64,000 bases of DNA from Candidatus Latescibacterota bacterium (GTDB taxonomy: Bacteria > Latescibacterota > UBA2968 > UBA8231): positions 4,064,001 through 4,128,000 of the forward strand of contig OZ241867.1 in assembly GCA_965203175.1 (NCBI GenBank), given 5' to 3'. Under the pieces are notes generated by a model. The model made no database searches, was not told the DNA's origin, and saw nothing but the letters and a program-made list of their open reading frames with translations. Shown here piece after piece: positions 1 through 9,514 of this stretch. Position numbers and translations under genes: made by a program. Positions within the stretch are counted from its first letter, which is position 1, and each line of letters opens with the position of its first letter.

Positions 1-179
1 ACGGCCTCTTCTATGGCATTGCGGGCCGTGTTCAACACGAAGAGATCGACCAGCAACACGGGCACTAGTCCCAAGGCGAGGTAATAGCCCAGCAGACGCA
101 GCCACAGCCGTTGCCTTTTACCGCGCCAGCCTTTAAGCCTCACGGCCCAAGTCTTCAGGCTTGAGATCATCTGTCGCAT
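1..179 (-). CDS. Partial CDS (N-terminus only), membrane-anchored protein, possibly a sensor/signalling protein
   Basis: Open frame from ATG 179/170 off the window edge: MISSLKTWAVRLKGWRGKRQRLWLRLLGYYLALGLVPVLLVDLFVLNTARNAIEEA. Basic N-terminus plus TM helix, typical of sensor kinases/Cache proteins. Confidence 0.45.
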   Translation of the reverse strand, partial: MRQMISSLKTWAVRLKGWRGKRQRLWLRLLGYYLALGLVPVLLVDLFVLNTARNAIEEA

Positions 180-230
180 GTGCCGCGCAACCACGAAAAA
201 GCTGCTTTCTCCGTTTCTCGCCGCAGCCCT

Positions 231-1001
231 TCAGCGACCGACGACGGCGTCAGAGAAGATGAGGATGCCGAATCGGTTGGCGCGGTGGAAGTCGGCCTTG
301 GGCGTGCCTGTGTCGGACCACAGCCCAAATTGGCCTTGGTAGCCCTTGGTGCGGTTGAGTCCGGCGCGCCATTGGTCGCCGTCTTGGGGTGGGATCTGCC
401 CATCCAAGTGGCGGAAATTGTCGTGGGGAATGGAGATTTCGAGGATCCAGCTTTGGTCGGTGTCCGAGTGGTCGTTGAGGGTGCCGTCGTAGGTCGTGGC
501 GATGACCACGCCTTCGCTCTGCCAAGACGAGTGAATGGCCTTGGTGCGCTCCTTGCCGCCGCGGAAGGCGATGTAGTCGAGCAGCGTGCCGTTGATGTTC
601 ATCTCATAGCCATAGTAGTTGCCGGGGACTTCCATGTTGGGGGAGGCGAAAATTTCAACGGCGTCCTCTTGGTACACCGCTCCATCGTGCTCGGTTACTT
701 CTGAGTGCAGATACGGATCGACGCACTCGTAGATGATGTAGAGGTTGTCGTCGTCCCAGAGCAAGCGGGCAGTCGTGGATTGCGGTTCCTCTTTTTCGAG
801 ATCGCTCCAAGGCATTACAAAGGCAATGGGCGCGGCGCGCTGCCAGTCGGCTTCGTCGAGGCGACCATCGACTTGGATCCCCTCGTTGGTGCGGAGGACT
901 TGGTAAGTGGGTAGCTCATCAGGAGGAGCTTGGAAGCGGGTGTTCTCTTGGGCGCTGGCAGAGCCAGCAAAGGCGAGGGCGAAGAGCAGACTGTAGAGCA
1001 T
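231..1001 (-). CDS. Secreted carbohydrate-binding family 9-like (DOMON-like) protein
   Basis: Start reassigned to MLYSLLFALAFAGSASA (signal peptide). IQVDGRLDEADW, LLWDDDNLY, EDAVEIF and WILEISIP motifs are typical of CBM9-like domains. Confidence 0.75.
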   Translation of the reverse strand: MLYSLLFALAFAGSASAQENTRFQAPPDELPTYQVLRTNEGIQVDGRLDEADWQRAAPIAFVMPWSDLEKEEPQSTTARLLWDDDNLYIIYECVDPYLHSEVTEHDGAVYQEDAVEIFASPNMEVPGNYYGYEMNINGTLLDYIAFRGGKERTKAIHSSWQSEGVVIATTYDGTLNDHSDTDQSWILEISIPHDNFRHLDGQIPPQDGDQWRAGLNRTKGYQGQFGLWSDTGTPKADFHRANRFGILIFSDAVVGR

Positions 1002-1030
1002 GGTCAATCCTTTCGACTTTGGTGGTTGGG

Positions 1031-1507
1031 TCAGGCGTTGTTTAGGTAGGGCGTCTCCCCGCGCGAAAATGCCTGGGCGATCTGGTCGCAGCGTTCGTTG
1101 TCTGGGTCGCCGGCGTGGCCTTGGGTGTACTGCCACTGGATGGCGGGCGTATTGAGTTGGTCCAGGGTGCGCCACAGGTCTTGGTTGAGCACGGGTTTTT
1201 TGGCGGCCGTGCGCCAGCTCCGCTTCTTCCAGCCGTGAATCCACTCGGTAATGCCCTTGCGCAGGTACTCGCTGTCCGTAACGAGCGTAATAGCGATGTC
1301 GGATGGGACGGCGCGGAGACCTTCGATGGCTGCTTGCAATTCCATGCGGTTGTTGGTCGTCTCCGGGACGAAGCCGCCTAGCTCCACGACGCGGCCATCG
1401 CCGTAGAGCAGCCGCGCTGCCCAGCCGCCTGGCCCTGGGTTGAACGAACAGGCACCATCGGTGAAAATGGTTACGGTTCTCGCGGGATTGGATTGCTGTT
1501 GTAGCAC
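1031..1507 (-). CDS. rnhA: Ribonuclease HI
   Basis: IFTDGACSFNPGPGGW, TTNNRMEL, TDSEY, GHAGDPDNERCD catalytic motifs. Confidence 0.96.
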   Translation of the reverse strand: MLQQQSNPARTVTIFTDGACSFNPGPGGWAARLLYGDGRVVELGGFVPETTNNRMELQAAIEGLRAVPSDIAITLVTDSEYLRKGITEWIHGWKKRSWRTAAKKPVLNQDLWRTLDQLNTPAIQWQYTQGHAGDPDNERCDQIAQAFSRGETPYLNNA

Positions 1508-1678
1508 CGGATTTGCCTTTATTTAGGGGGTGCCGCTAGTTTGGCTACGATAAAACATGGCGCGAGTAAGGGCAATCGAGGGGTATTCATGGTCCTCTGC
1601 CTGATCCTATTTGTGCCCAAGGTGATTGCCTTTAGATTAAGAGCTTCCTTTATCTGAACCTTAGAAAGAAAATGCAAT

Positions 1679-3073
1679 ATGGCAGCGTATGATGTGGCAG
1701 TTATCGGCGGCGGCCCAGGTGGGTATTCAGCCGCTATTCGCGCGCGGCAGTTGGAGTTAAAAACCGCGCTGATTGAAGACGCTGAGTTGGGCGGCACCTG
1801 TCTCAATTGGGGCTGCATTCCCACCAAGGCTCTGCTCAAGCAAGCCGAAGTGTACCAGCTTTTCTTGCGCGCCGAGGAGTTCGGCCTACGAGTTGATAAG
1901 CCGACAGTGGATTGGGATGCGGTCATTAGCCGGAGCCGTCAAGTCGCCGCGCAGTTGTCCAAAGGCGTGGCCTACCTGATGCAGAAGAATCAAGTCGAGG
2001 TGTTCGCTGGCAGGGGCCGATTGACGCCCAGCCGCCAAGTCGCGGTTGAGGACGCCGAGGGCGAGGTCGTGGCCGAGTTAGATGCCGCACATGTGGTGCT
2101 GGCTACAGGCGGTCGTCCCAAATCCATTCCGGGCGTGGAATTCGACGGTGAGCGGATCATCGCCAGCCGCGAGGCCATGATCGTCGCCGAGCAGCCCGCG
2201 TCTCTCGCCATCATCGGGGCCGGAGCCATCGGCGTAGAATTCGCCTATTTCTATCGCGCCTTTGGCAGCAAGGTGCTGCTTTTGGAAGCCCTGCCCCAAG
2301 TCTTGCCGCGCGAAGACGAGGAGATTGCCGCGGGACTGGCTGAGAGTTTGACACGGCAGGGAATCGAAGTGGTGACCGAAGCCCGGGTCGAAGAGGTCAA
2401 AAAACAAAAGCGCGGGGTCGCGTTGCGCTATCGGGTCGGCGAGGAGGAGCAGACGCGGAGAGTGGATCGAGTACTGGTTGCCACCGGCGTCGAGGGCAAT
2501 ATCGAGGGACTGGGGTTAGAAGCGCTGGGCATCCGCACCCGCGACGGCGCAATTGTGGTTGATGAGCGGATGCAGACTAGTGCCAAGGGTATCTACGCGA
2601 TTGGCGATGTGGCCGGTCCGCCGCTGTTGGCGCACGCGGCCACGCAGGAGGGAATTGCGGCCGTCGAGTTTATAGCGGGCCGCGACCGGCCCACCTTGGA
2701 CCCGCGCCAAGTGCCCAACTGCATCTATTGCCATCCGCAAGTGGCCAGCGTTGGCTTGAGCGAAAGCCAAGCGCGCGAAGCCGGGTACGACGTCAAAGTC
2801 GGACGCTTCCCGTTTGCGGCCAGCGGCAAGGGACAAGCAGCCGGGGAAACCGAGGGCTTGGTCAAGCTGATTTTTGATTCGCGCTACGGCGAGTTGTTGG
2901 GCGGTGCCATTCTGGGGGCCGAGGCCACGGAGTTGATCGCCGAATTGACGCTGGCCCTCCGGCTCGAAGCCACGTATGAAGAGCTGTTGGCTACCATGCA
3001 CGCCCATCCGACGCTGTCCGAGGCCGTGATGGAAGCGGCTGGACAGGCATTTGGCGAGGCGATTAACTACTAG
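1679..3073 (+). CDS. lpdA: Dihydrolipoyl dehydrogenase
   Basis: GGGPGG FAD motif, GGTCLNWGCIP redox disulfide, GAGAIG NAD motif, C-terminal HAHPTLSE. Confidence 0.96.
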   Translation: MAAYDVAVIGGGPGGYSAAIRARQLELKTALIEDAELGGTCLNWGCIPTKALLKQAEVYQLFLRAEEFGLRVDKPTVDWDAVISRSRQVAAQLSKGVAYLMQKNQVEVFAGRGRLTPSRQVAVEDAEGEVVAELDAAHVVLATGGRPKSIPGVEFDGERIIASREAMIVAEQPASLAIIGAGAIGVEFAYFYRAFGSKVLLLEALPQVLPREDEEIAAGLAESLTRQGIEVVTEARVEEVKKQKRGVALRYRVGEEEQTRRVDRVLVATGVEGNIEGLGLEALGIRTRDGAIVVDERMQTSAKGIYAIGDVAGPPLLAHAATQEGIAAVEFIAGRDRPTLDPRQVPNCIYCHPQVASVGLSESQAREAGYDVKVGRFPFAASGKGQAAGETEGLVKLIFDSRYGELLGGAILGAEATELIAELTLALRLEATYEELLATMHAHPTLSEAVMEAAGQAFGEAINY

Positions 3074-3082
3074 GATTTGGGA

Positions 3083-4297
3083 ATGAGGAATCATAGTATA
3101 GAGCCTCCCGCGCTTCCACCGCTGGACCAGCTCCTGCCGGCCGAGCCGTTGTTGCTGATGGGGGCTGGGCCGGTGCCGGTGGCGGCGGAGATCGCGCGGG
3201 CGGGCGGCATGGTCATCAACCACTTGGGGCCGACGATGGACCGGCTGGTCGAACACATCAAGCAGTTGGCTGGCTATGCCTTCCAGACGGCCGACGAGCA
3301 CATCTTAGGGATTGGAGGGCCAGCGTCGGCCGCCATGGAGATGGCGATGGGCAATCTGCTGTGGCCGGGCCGTCGCGCCTTGGTGCTGCAAAACGGCTGG
3401 TTCAGCGGGCGCTTCGCCGAGATGGCGGCTGGCGTGGGGGCTGAGGTTGACGTGCTGGCCGTGCCGGAAGGGCAAGCCATCTGCGCTGAGCGCGTCGCCG
3501 AGCGCCTCAAGAATCAGCACTACGACGTAGTGACAATGGTGCAGGGTGAGACGTCGAGCGGCGTCTGCACGACCGAGCTACCGGCGATTGCCCGCTTGTG
3601 CCGCGAGCACGGGGCGCTGGCCGTCGTCGATGCGGTCTGCACGTTGAGTACCATGCCGTTGGAAAAGGACGCTTGGGGCGTTGACGTGGTTTTCACGGGC
3701 AGCCAGAAGGGCCTGTCGTCGCTGCCGGGCGTGGCGCTGATTGCCTTTTCCGACGCGGCTTGGGAGCAGGCACAGCAGCATCCCGGCCCAAGGCCGCACT
3801 GGTGTTTGGACGCACTGCGGGCAGAAAACTTTTGGCGGCAACACCAGTACCACTACACGGCCCCGGTCTCGGGCCTGTTGGCCCTGCACGAAGCCCTGCG
3901 GCTGGTCTGCGAGGAGACGCTGGAGCGCCGCTTTGCGCGGCATCGGCACTCGTCGCTGGCCCTGCAAGCTGGCATCGAGAAGATGGGACTGGTGCTGGCC
4001 GCGCCGCGTCGCATTCGCCTTAACTCGGTGGTGGCAATCCAAGTGCCCGCTGGGGTAGATAGCGCCCGGGTCCGCGCCGATATGTCGAACCGCTTTCACG
4101 TCGAAATCTCCGGGGCCTTTGGCCTCGACATCGTGCGCATCGGCCAGATGGGCGAGCAGTGCCGAGCTCCCCACCTGTTCCGCGTGTTGCACGCCTTGGG
4201 CGGTGCTCTAGCACACGAAGGGGCCAGCGTAGATACTAGCGCGGGTATGGCGGCGCTGGAGTATTATTTGGCGGGCTATGCAGACGACTTGTTTTGA
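3083..4297 (+). CDS. Alanine-glyoxylate/serine-pyruvate aminotransferase family (class V PLP)
   Basis: LLMGAGP, QGETSSG, VDAV, TGSQKGLS (PLP lysine), YHYTAP, VRIGQMG. Confidence 0.88.
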   Translation: MRNHSIEPPALPPLDQLLPAEPLLLMGAGPVPVAAEIARAGGMVINHLGPTMDRLVEHIKQLAGYAFQTADEHILGIGGPASAAMEMAMGNLLWPGRRALVLQNGWFSGRFAEMAAGVGAEVDVLAVPEGQAICAERVAERLKNQHYDVVTMVQGETSSGVCTTELPAIARLCREHGALAVVDAVCTLSTMPLEKDAWGVDVVFTGSQKGLSSLPGVALIAFSDAAWEQAQQHPGPRPHWCLDALRAENFWRQHQYHYTAPVSGLLALHEALRLVCEETLERRFARHRHSSLALQAGIEKMGLVLAAPRRIRLNSVVAIQVPAGVDSARVRADMSNRFHVEISGAFGLDIVRIGQMGEQCRAPHLFRVLHALGGALAHEGASVDTSAGMAALEYYLAGYADDLF

Positions 4298-4363
4298 CCT
4301 ATTAAAGGCAACCAAGAGGATGGATAGGTCAATCGGCTGGCATTTCTGTGGAAAGGACTCCTG

Positions 4364-5470
4364 ATGCGTGATACCCTAGCGTATCCAACCTACGAAAGCC
4401 TCGGCGTGCGCCCCCTGATCAACTGCCAGGGGACCTATACCATCATCAGCGGTTCGTTGATTTTGCCCGAAGTGCGGCAGGCCATGGTCGAGGCCTCCAA
4501 GCAATACGTCCATCTCGACGAGCTGATGGAGGCCGTTGGAGCGCGCATCGGCGAGCTGATGCAGTGCGAGTGGGGGCTCGTTACCAATGGTTGCGCCGCG
4601 GCGTTGTGCCAAGTTACGGCCGCTTGCGTGGCCGGCACGGATCACGAGAAAATGACGCGGTTGCCCGACACTACGGACATGAAAAACCAAGTCATCGTCC
4701 AGCCGAGCCACCGCCACGTGTACGATCACGCTGTGCGCATGGTCGGCGTCGAAATGGTCGAGGTCGAGACTCTCGCCGAGCTTGAAGCGGCTGTGTCGAA
4801 CCGCACGGCCATGCTGTTGGTGTTTGGCGATGCGGCCGAGCGGGGGCCGATCTCGGTGGCAGACATGGCAGCGGCTGGGCAGCGACATGGCGTACCGACG
4901 TTTGTCGATGCCGCTGCCGAGCGGCCGGACGTGCCCAACTGGTATTTGGAGCAAGGGGTTGATGCAGTGGCCTATTCGGGCGGCAAGTGCCTGCGCGGAC
5001 CGCAGGCGTCGGGCTTGGTCTTGGGGCGCAAGGAACTGTTGCAGGCAGCATTCCTCAATGGAGCACCGCACCACGCGCTGGGGAGGCCAATGAAGGCGGG
5101 CAAGGAAGAAATCATGGGGCTGTTGGCCGCGGTGGAGCAGTGGGTGGTACGCGACCACGCGGCCGAGTGGCGGGAGTGGGAGCGGCGCTTGGCCGTGATA
5201 GCGGCGGCAGTGGAGCTGTTCCCCTCGGTGGCCACGCAAGTCAATCAGCCCGGGCGTTCGAATGTCGCGCCGAACTTGGCGGTGCGCTGGGATCGAGAAA
5301 AGCTAGCCATCAGTGGCCACGAGCTTGCGCGCCAACTATCGGCTGGTCAACCGCGAATCGAGATCGCCGCCCACGAGAGCGGCTTTGGTATCAATCCCTA
5401 TATGATGGAGATTGGCGAGGAAGACATTGTGGCGCGGCGGGTGAGCGAGGTTTTGGCCGCGGTCTGCTGA
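4364..5470 (+). CDS. SelA-like PLP-dependent enzyme (DgaE/D-glucosaminate-6-phosphate ammonia-lyase-like family)
   Basis: GVRPLINCQGTYT, VDAAAE, YSGGKCLRGPQASG, GRPMKAGKEEI. At 368 aa it is shorter than true SelA. Confidence 0.8.
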   Translation: MRDTLAYPTYESLGVRPLINCQGTYTIISGSLILPEVRQAMVEASKQYVHLDELMEAVGARIGELMQCEWGLVTNGCAAALCQVTAACVAGTDHEKMTRLPDTTDMKNQVIVQPSHRHVYDHAVRMVGVEMVEVETLAELEAAVSNRTAMLLVFGDAAERGPISVADMAAAGQRHGVPTFVDAAAERPDVPNWYLEQGVDAVAYSGGKCLRGPQASGLVLGRKELLQAAFLNGAPHHALGRPMKAGKEEIMGLLAAVEQWVVRDHAAEWREWERRLAVIAAAVELFPSVATQVNQPGRSNVAPNLAVRWDREKLAISGHELARQLSAGQPRIEIAAHESGFGINPYMMEIGEEDIVARRVSEVLAAVC

Positions 5471-5478
5471 TCGAGTTC

Positions 5479-7521
5479 TCAGTTGGGCCGCTCGCTCCGG
5501 CGCAAGGCCACGGACAGCGGCTCAACCCCGTCCTCGTTGGGCTCTGAACTCACCTCGCCGGTGCGGGGATCCACGCTGTGGATCATCACGTCCTCGGGCA
5601 CGTCAAAATCCTTTTCCGGCCGTCCCTCGTTTATGGCGATCATGAAGTCCGTCCAGATGGGCACGGCTCCGTTGCCGCCGGTGATTTGCACCCCGCGCGT
5701 ATCCACCAGTTTATGGGCGCGGCGCTCGTCGAACCCCACCCAGACGCTGGCGATTAAGTCCGGGGTGAATCCAGTAAACCAAGCGTCGGTATTGTCGTTG
5801 GTCGTGCCAGTCTTGCCAGCGGCTGGCCGCGCGAAGCCGCGCTTGCGCACTTGGTGACCGGTGCCGCGGTCCACGGTCTGGCGCAAGAGGTGGACCATCT
5901 GCGCGGCGAGGTCGGGTGCGATGGCTTGGCGGATCTGCGGCTGGTGGGTAAAGATCTGCTGGCCGTCGGCATCGACGATTCGCTCTATCAAGATCGGCGT
6001 CACTTGCAAGCCGTAGTTGGCAAAAATCCCGTACGCCGCGGCCATTTCCAACACAGTGACTTCGGCGACGCCCAAGGCAATGCTCTTGTAGGCTCCTATT
6101 GGCCCGGCAAAACCCAAGCGGTGGGCAATCTCGACGACGCGGTCCGGGCCGACGAGTTCGGAGATTTGTATGGCCGTGGAGTTGGCCGAGCGAACTAAGG
6201 CCCATGCCGCGATCGTTTGTCCCAAGTAGCGTCCGCCGTAGTTGCGCGGTTGCCACTTTTTCTCGTTGTCGATATAGGTGCGCGGCTCGTCGTTAAAGAC
6301 GGTGACCGGGCTGATCTCACCCGCTTCCAAAGCTGCTAGGTAGGCAATCGGTTTAAAGCCGGAGCCAGGCTGGCGGCGGGCGGTGAGGGCCCGGTTGTAG
6401 TAGCTGACGAAGATGTCCCGGCCCCCGACCATGGCCAGCACTTTCCCCGTCGGCGACAGGCACACCAATGCGCCTTGGACGTAGGCCGGGCGCTCGGCCA
6501 TCGACGCTTCCGAATAGGGTTTAAATCCCAGCCGCTCATCCAACTCGACCATCCCCTTGGCCACCGCTTCTTCGGCCGCTTCTTGCATCGCAATGTCCAA
6601 GGTAGTATAGACCTTCAGACTCCCATAATGCAGGGCCGACGGTCCCCACTGCCGGACGATTTCTGCGTTGATGGCTTCGACCCAATAGGGTACTGGGTTG
6701 CGAGGCGGGTAGCCTGGGTTGATGAGGTCTTCGGCTCGGAGGGTGGCGTATTCCCGGCGCGTTTCTAAGTCGAGGAAGCCGCTGGCAACCATGCGGTCGA
6801 ACACGTGTTGCAGCCGGGAGGTAGCTCGTTGGGGGTGCCGCAGGGGATTGTACTTGGTCGGGGCGTTGACCTGGCCGATGAGCATGGCGGCGCGGGGCAG
6901 GCTCAGCGAGTCTGGGGTCGTATCGAAGAAGGTGATCGCGGCGTCGTGAATGCCGTAGGCGTTGGTGCCGTAGAAGACTGCATTGAGGTACAGCTCTAGG
7001 AGGCGATTTTTGTAAGCGGGTTGCCCAGCGGCGTTGGTGTCTGGATACGAGGCGGCAAAGAACGCTTCTAGTTGCAAGGCGAGGAGCGCTTCCGAGAGCT
7101 TGCGTTCAAAGGTCTTTTTTGGCGAAAAGAACAGGCGCTTGACGAGCTGTTGGGTCAAGGTACTGCCGCCGCGAGTAAGGCTGCGCTCTCGCAGATTGTC
7201 GCGAATCGCGCCGACAATGGCCGTCAGGTCAATGCCTCGGTGGTGGTAAAAGTGTGCGTCTTCCGTGGCGATGAGTGCTTTTACCACGTGGGGGCTGATG
7301 TGTTCGAGGGGCACCCATTGGCGGCTCTGATTAAAGGTGTAGATGCGCTCGCCAGAGGCTGCGTACATCTCCGTGCCGGGGCGGATGCCTAGCTCGCGAT
7401 GATCAGTGGGCAGACTGGGCAAGCCCGGGGTCATGCGCCAGATGGCGTACCCCACTCCCAGTCCAGTCGCCAATACGAAGAGCACGGTCAGGACCGCACC
7501 GATGAGCAACGCGCGTCTCAT
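5479..7521 (-). CDS. Class A penicillin-binding protein (PBP1A family, transglycosylase-transpeptidase)
   Basis: N-terminal TM helix; GT51 motifs EDAHFYHHRG, GGSTLTQQL, RKLSE; TP motifs SGFK, SAN, KTGT. Confidence 0.93.
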   Translation of the reverse strand: MRRALLIGAVLTVLFVLATGLGVGYAIWRMTPGLPSLPTDHRELGIRPGTEMYAASGERIYTFNQSRQWVPLEHISPHVVKALIATEDAHFYHHRGIDLTAIVGAIRDNLRERSLTRGGSTLTQQLVKRLFFSPKKTFERKLSEALLALQLEAFFAASYPDTNAAGQPAYKNRLLELYLNAVFYGTNAYGIHDAAITFFDTTPDSLSLPRAAMLIGQVNAPTKYNPLRHPQRATSRLQHVFDRMVASGFLDLETRREYATLRAEDLINPGYPPRNPVPYWVEAINAEIVRQWGPSALHYGSLKVYTTLDIAMQEAAEEAVAKGMVELDERLGFKPYSEASMAERPAYVQGALVCLSPTGKVLAMVGGRDIFVSYYNRALTARRQPGSGFKPIAYLAALEAGEISPVTVFNDEPRTYIDNEKKWQPRNYGGRYLGQTIAAWALVRSANSTAIQISELVGPDRVVEIAHRLGFAGPIGAYKSIALGVAEVTVLEMAAAYGIFANYGLQVTPILIERIVDADGQQIFTHQPQIRQAIAPDLAAQMVHLLRQTVDRGTGHQVRKRGFARPAAGKTGTTNDNTDAWFTGFTPDLIASVWVGFDERRAHKLVDTRGVQITGGNGAVPIWTDFMIAINEGRPEKDFDVPEDVMIHSVDPRTGEVSSEPNEDGVEPLSVALRRSERPN

Positions 7522-8411
7522 TGCTCTTCTAGTCCAAGGTGTTGTTGCACGAACTGGTCCGGAAGCAAGAGCGCTATGGCCTCTTGGCCCGGCACGAGCG
7601 CGTACGCGGCGAATTGGTCTTCGTCTCCAGTGCGGGTCAGGCGTAGTTCAAAGCCGTCTGCGCTGTCCCAAGCTGTGAGTAGATGCTTGTTCTCGCCCTG
7701 GCGCAGCGAATCGGCCCGCGTTTGCACGACCTCTGCTAGGGCGGCTGTGATGATCGGCCCGGCATCGCTTTGCACACGCTCGGGGTCAGGACCCAAAAGC
7801 GGCGCTAAATGCTGACGCCAGTAGGCCATGTCTTCCTCTTTCATCCGCAGAAAAGTCCAAGCCTCGGGCTCGTCTTTTGCCAGCAGGGATTTGTGAAGCT
7901 GGTAGAACAGCGAACCGTCTTCTAGGGCCATTTGCGCGCCGACGAGGGCGCGGAGATACGAAGCGTCGTCGGGTACGGTGGCTTGGGTTAGCAGGTAGCG
8001 GCCCTGCTCGTAAATCTGGAGAGAATAGGCGAGCTCGCGCAGCGTCTCTGGGCTGAGGCGATCAGGTTGGAGGGCGGTGTCGCGCCGCGCGACCGCAAAG
8101 AACGCCGCGTGAGTGCCGTGGTACTGGAGTTGGTAGTGGTTTTGCAAAACCGGCAGTGGGGTTTGGCTCGGCTCTAGGGTAGTCTCGGCCAGCGAGTCGG
8201 ATAGAGCCGTGCGGGTCTGCCGAGTGGCGAGAATGCCTTGCCAAAGCGCACCCCCTGGCTGGCGCTTTGAGTTTTGTTGCATCAGGTATTGGCCGATGTA
8301 GCGGGCCGCGTATTGGGTTTGGTATTCGAGTAAAAAAAGAACGCAAGCCACGCAGAAAGGCACCAACACACACAGGGCGATGCGGACGAGGCCATAGAGC
8401 AAAGACAACAT
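7518..8411 (-). CDS. Hypothetical membrane-anchored protein, translationally coupled to PBP1A
   Basis: 297-aa ORF with N-terminal hydrophobic helix; 4-nt ATGA overlap with the PBP start. Confidence 0.65.
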   Translation of the reverse strand: MLSLLYGLVRIALCVLVPFCVACVLFLLEYQTQYAARYIGQYLMQQNSKRQPGGALWQGILATRQTRTALSDSLAETTLEPSQTPLPVLQNHYQLQYHGTHAAFFAVARRDTALQPDRLSPETLRELAYSLQIYEQGRYLLTQATVPDDASYLRALVGAQMALEDGSLFYQLHKSLLAKDEPEAWTFLRMKEEDMAYWRQHLAPLLGPDPERVQSDAGPIITAALAEVVQTRADSLRQGENKHLLTAWDSADGFELRLTRTGDEDQFAAYALVPGQEAIALLLPDQFVQQHLGLEEQ

Positions 8412-8417
8412 AGCGAC

Positions 8418-8446
8418 ACAATAAGTTAGAGGCGGCTGCTTGTCAA
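8418..8446 (-). promoter_or_regulatory. Sigma70-type promoter, predicted leaderless transcript
   Basis: TTGACA-17 nt-TATTGT, then 6 nt to the ATG at 8411; no SD. Confidence 0.55.
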
Positions 8447-8522
8447 AAGTGCTTGCCCATTTTAGGAGCCTAATGGTACTTTTAGCAGTGAGGCGATTAA
8501 TCTATCTGGGGAGGTAGAAAAA

Positions 8523-9509
8523 ATGAAACGCCTAAAATTTGCATGGATTGTCGTCGTCATCGGCTTGTGGCACTGCGGCGATGACGGCGAAAAGGGAACC
8601 AGTCCCATCGCGATTGCCGATCCTCCGCAGGAGCCACGCGCGCTGAGTGTAGAGCGTATTGGCGATGGCGAGATATGGCTCAATTGGCAGGCCGCCGAGG
8701 GCGCGGACGAGGTGCTCTACGTCGTCTATCGCTCGATGGGAGACGATGCGGCCGTGGCCATTGACTCTACGTTCCAGACCCGGTACAAGGATCAGGGTCT
8801 ACGATACGAACTGGAGTACACTTATCGCATAACCGCGATAGACGGCGGCGGCGAGAGCGATCCCTCGAATGCCGTCAGCGGACAGCCCCTCAACAGCCTG
8901 ACTCCGCAGGTGCCGACTGCGGTGCGCGCCGTAGCGCACCACCTCGAAGTATTCGGCCAGCTCGATATCGCACTCGACTGGGCTGACAACGCGGAGACCG
9001 ATCTCGCAGGTTACCGGGTCTATCGCTCGACTGAGCAGGGTTTCACCCCGGGCGTTGAGCATTTGCTGATGCAGGTATCGGGACCGGGCTTCATCGACGA
9101 GGAAATCGAGGTGGGCACGGTGTACTACTATCGAATTACGGCGATAGATCTCGGCGGCAAGGAAAGCAATGCCTCCGAGGAAGTGGGCGATGTCGCGCTG
9201 CCCTCGCCGGTGCTGTTGGTCCCGGTCGCCGGGGAAGAGACCGCTGCACCTTTGACCTTTACTTGGAATCGCTTGCCCGAGGCGCGCGCATTCCGGGTGA
9301 TCGTCACCACCTCGTTGACCAGCGGCGAAGTGTCGGACATGCCACTGACTAGCGATACCACAGCCGTATTTACTGGTCGCATTAAGGAAGGGCGCTTGGT
9401 CTCGCTCGAACCCGGACAAGTGTACTACTGGAAGGTCGTGGCCAGTACGCACATCGAGGGGATTGAGAATTCGGTGAGTCGGGTTGAGAGTTTTAAGGTG
9501 GCTGAGTAG
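8523..9509 (+). CDS. Fibronectin type III repeat lipoprotein
   Basis: Lipobox-like GLWHC; two FN3 units (WLNW...YVVYRS...YTYRITAID..GES; LDW...GYRVYRS...YYYRITAIDLGGKES); GGAGG SD. Confidence 0.8.
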   Translation: MKRLKFAWIVVVIGLWHCGDDGEKGTSPIAIADPPQEPRALSVERIGDGEIWLNWQAAEGADEVLYVVYRSMGDDAAVAIDSTFQTRYKDQGLRYELEYTYRITAIDGGGESDPSNAVSGQPLNSLTPQVPTAVRAVAHHLEVFGQLDIALDWADNAETDLAGYRVYRSTEQGFTPGVEHLLMQVSGPGFIDEEIEVGTVYYYRITAIDLGGKESNASEEVGDVALPSPVLLVPVAGEETAAPLTFTWNRLPEARAFRVIVTTSLTSGEVSDMPLTSDTTAVFTGRIKEGRLVSLEPGQVYYWKVVASTHIEGIENSVSRVESFKVAE

Positions 9510-9514
9510 CTAGG

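Noticed and set aside
1568-1633. Imperfect inverted repeat in the rnhA-lpdA intergenic region as a riboswitch or ncRNA
   Set aside because: There is only a ~10-bp outer stem, with no recognisable Rfam motif or covariation evidence.
4364-5470. True selenocysteine synthase SelA, given the Sec-FDH in the window
   Set aside because: It is too short, lacks the SelA N-terminal tRNA-binding domain, has no selB/selD nearby, and its motifs fit the SelA-like/DgaE family.
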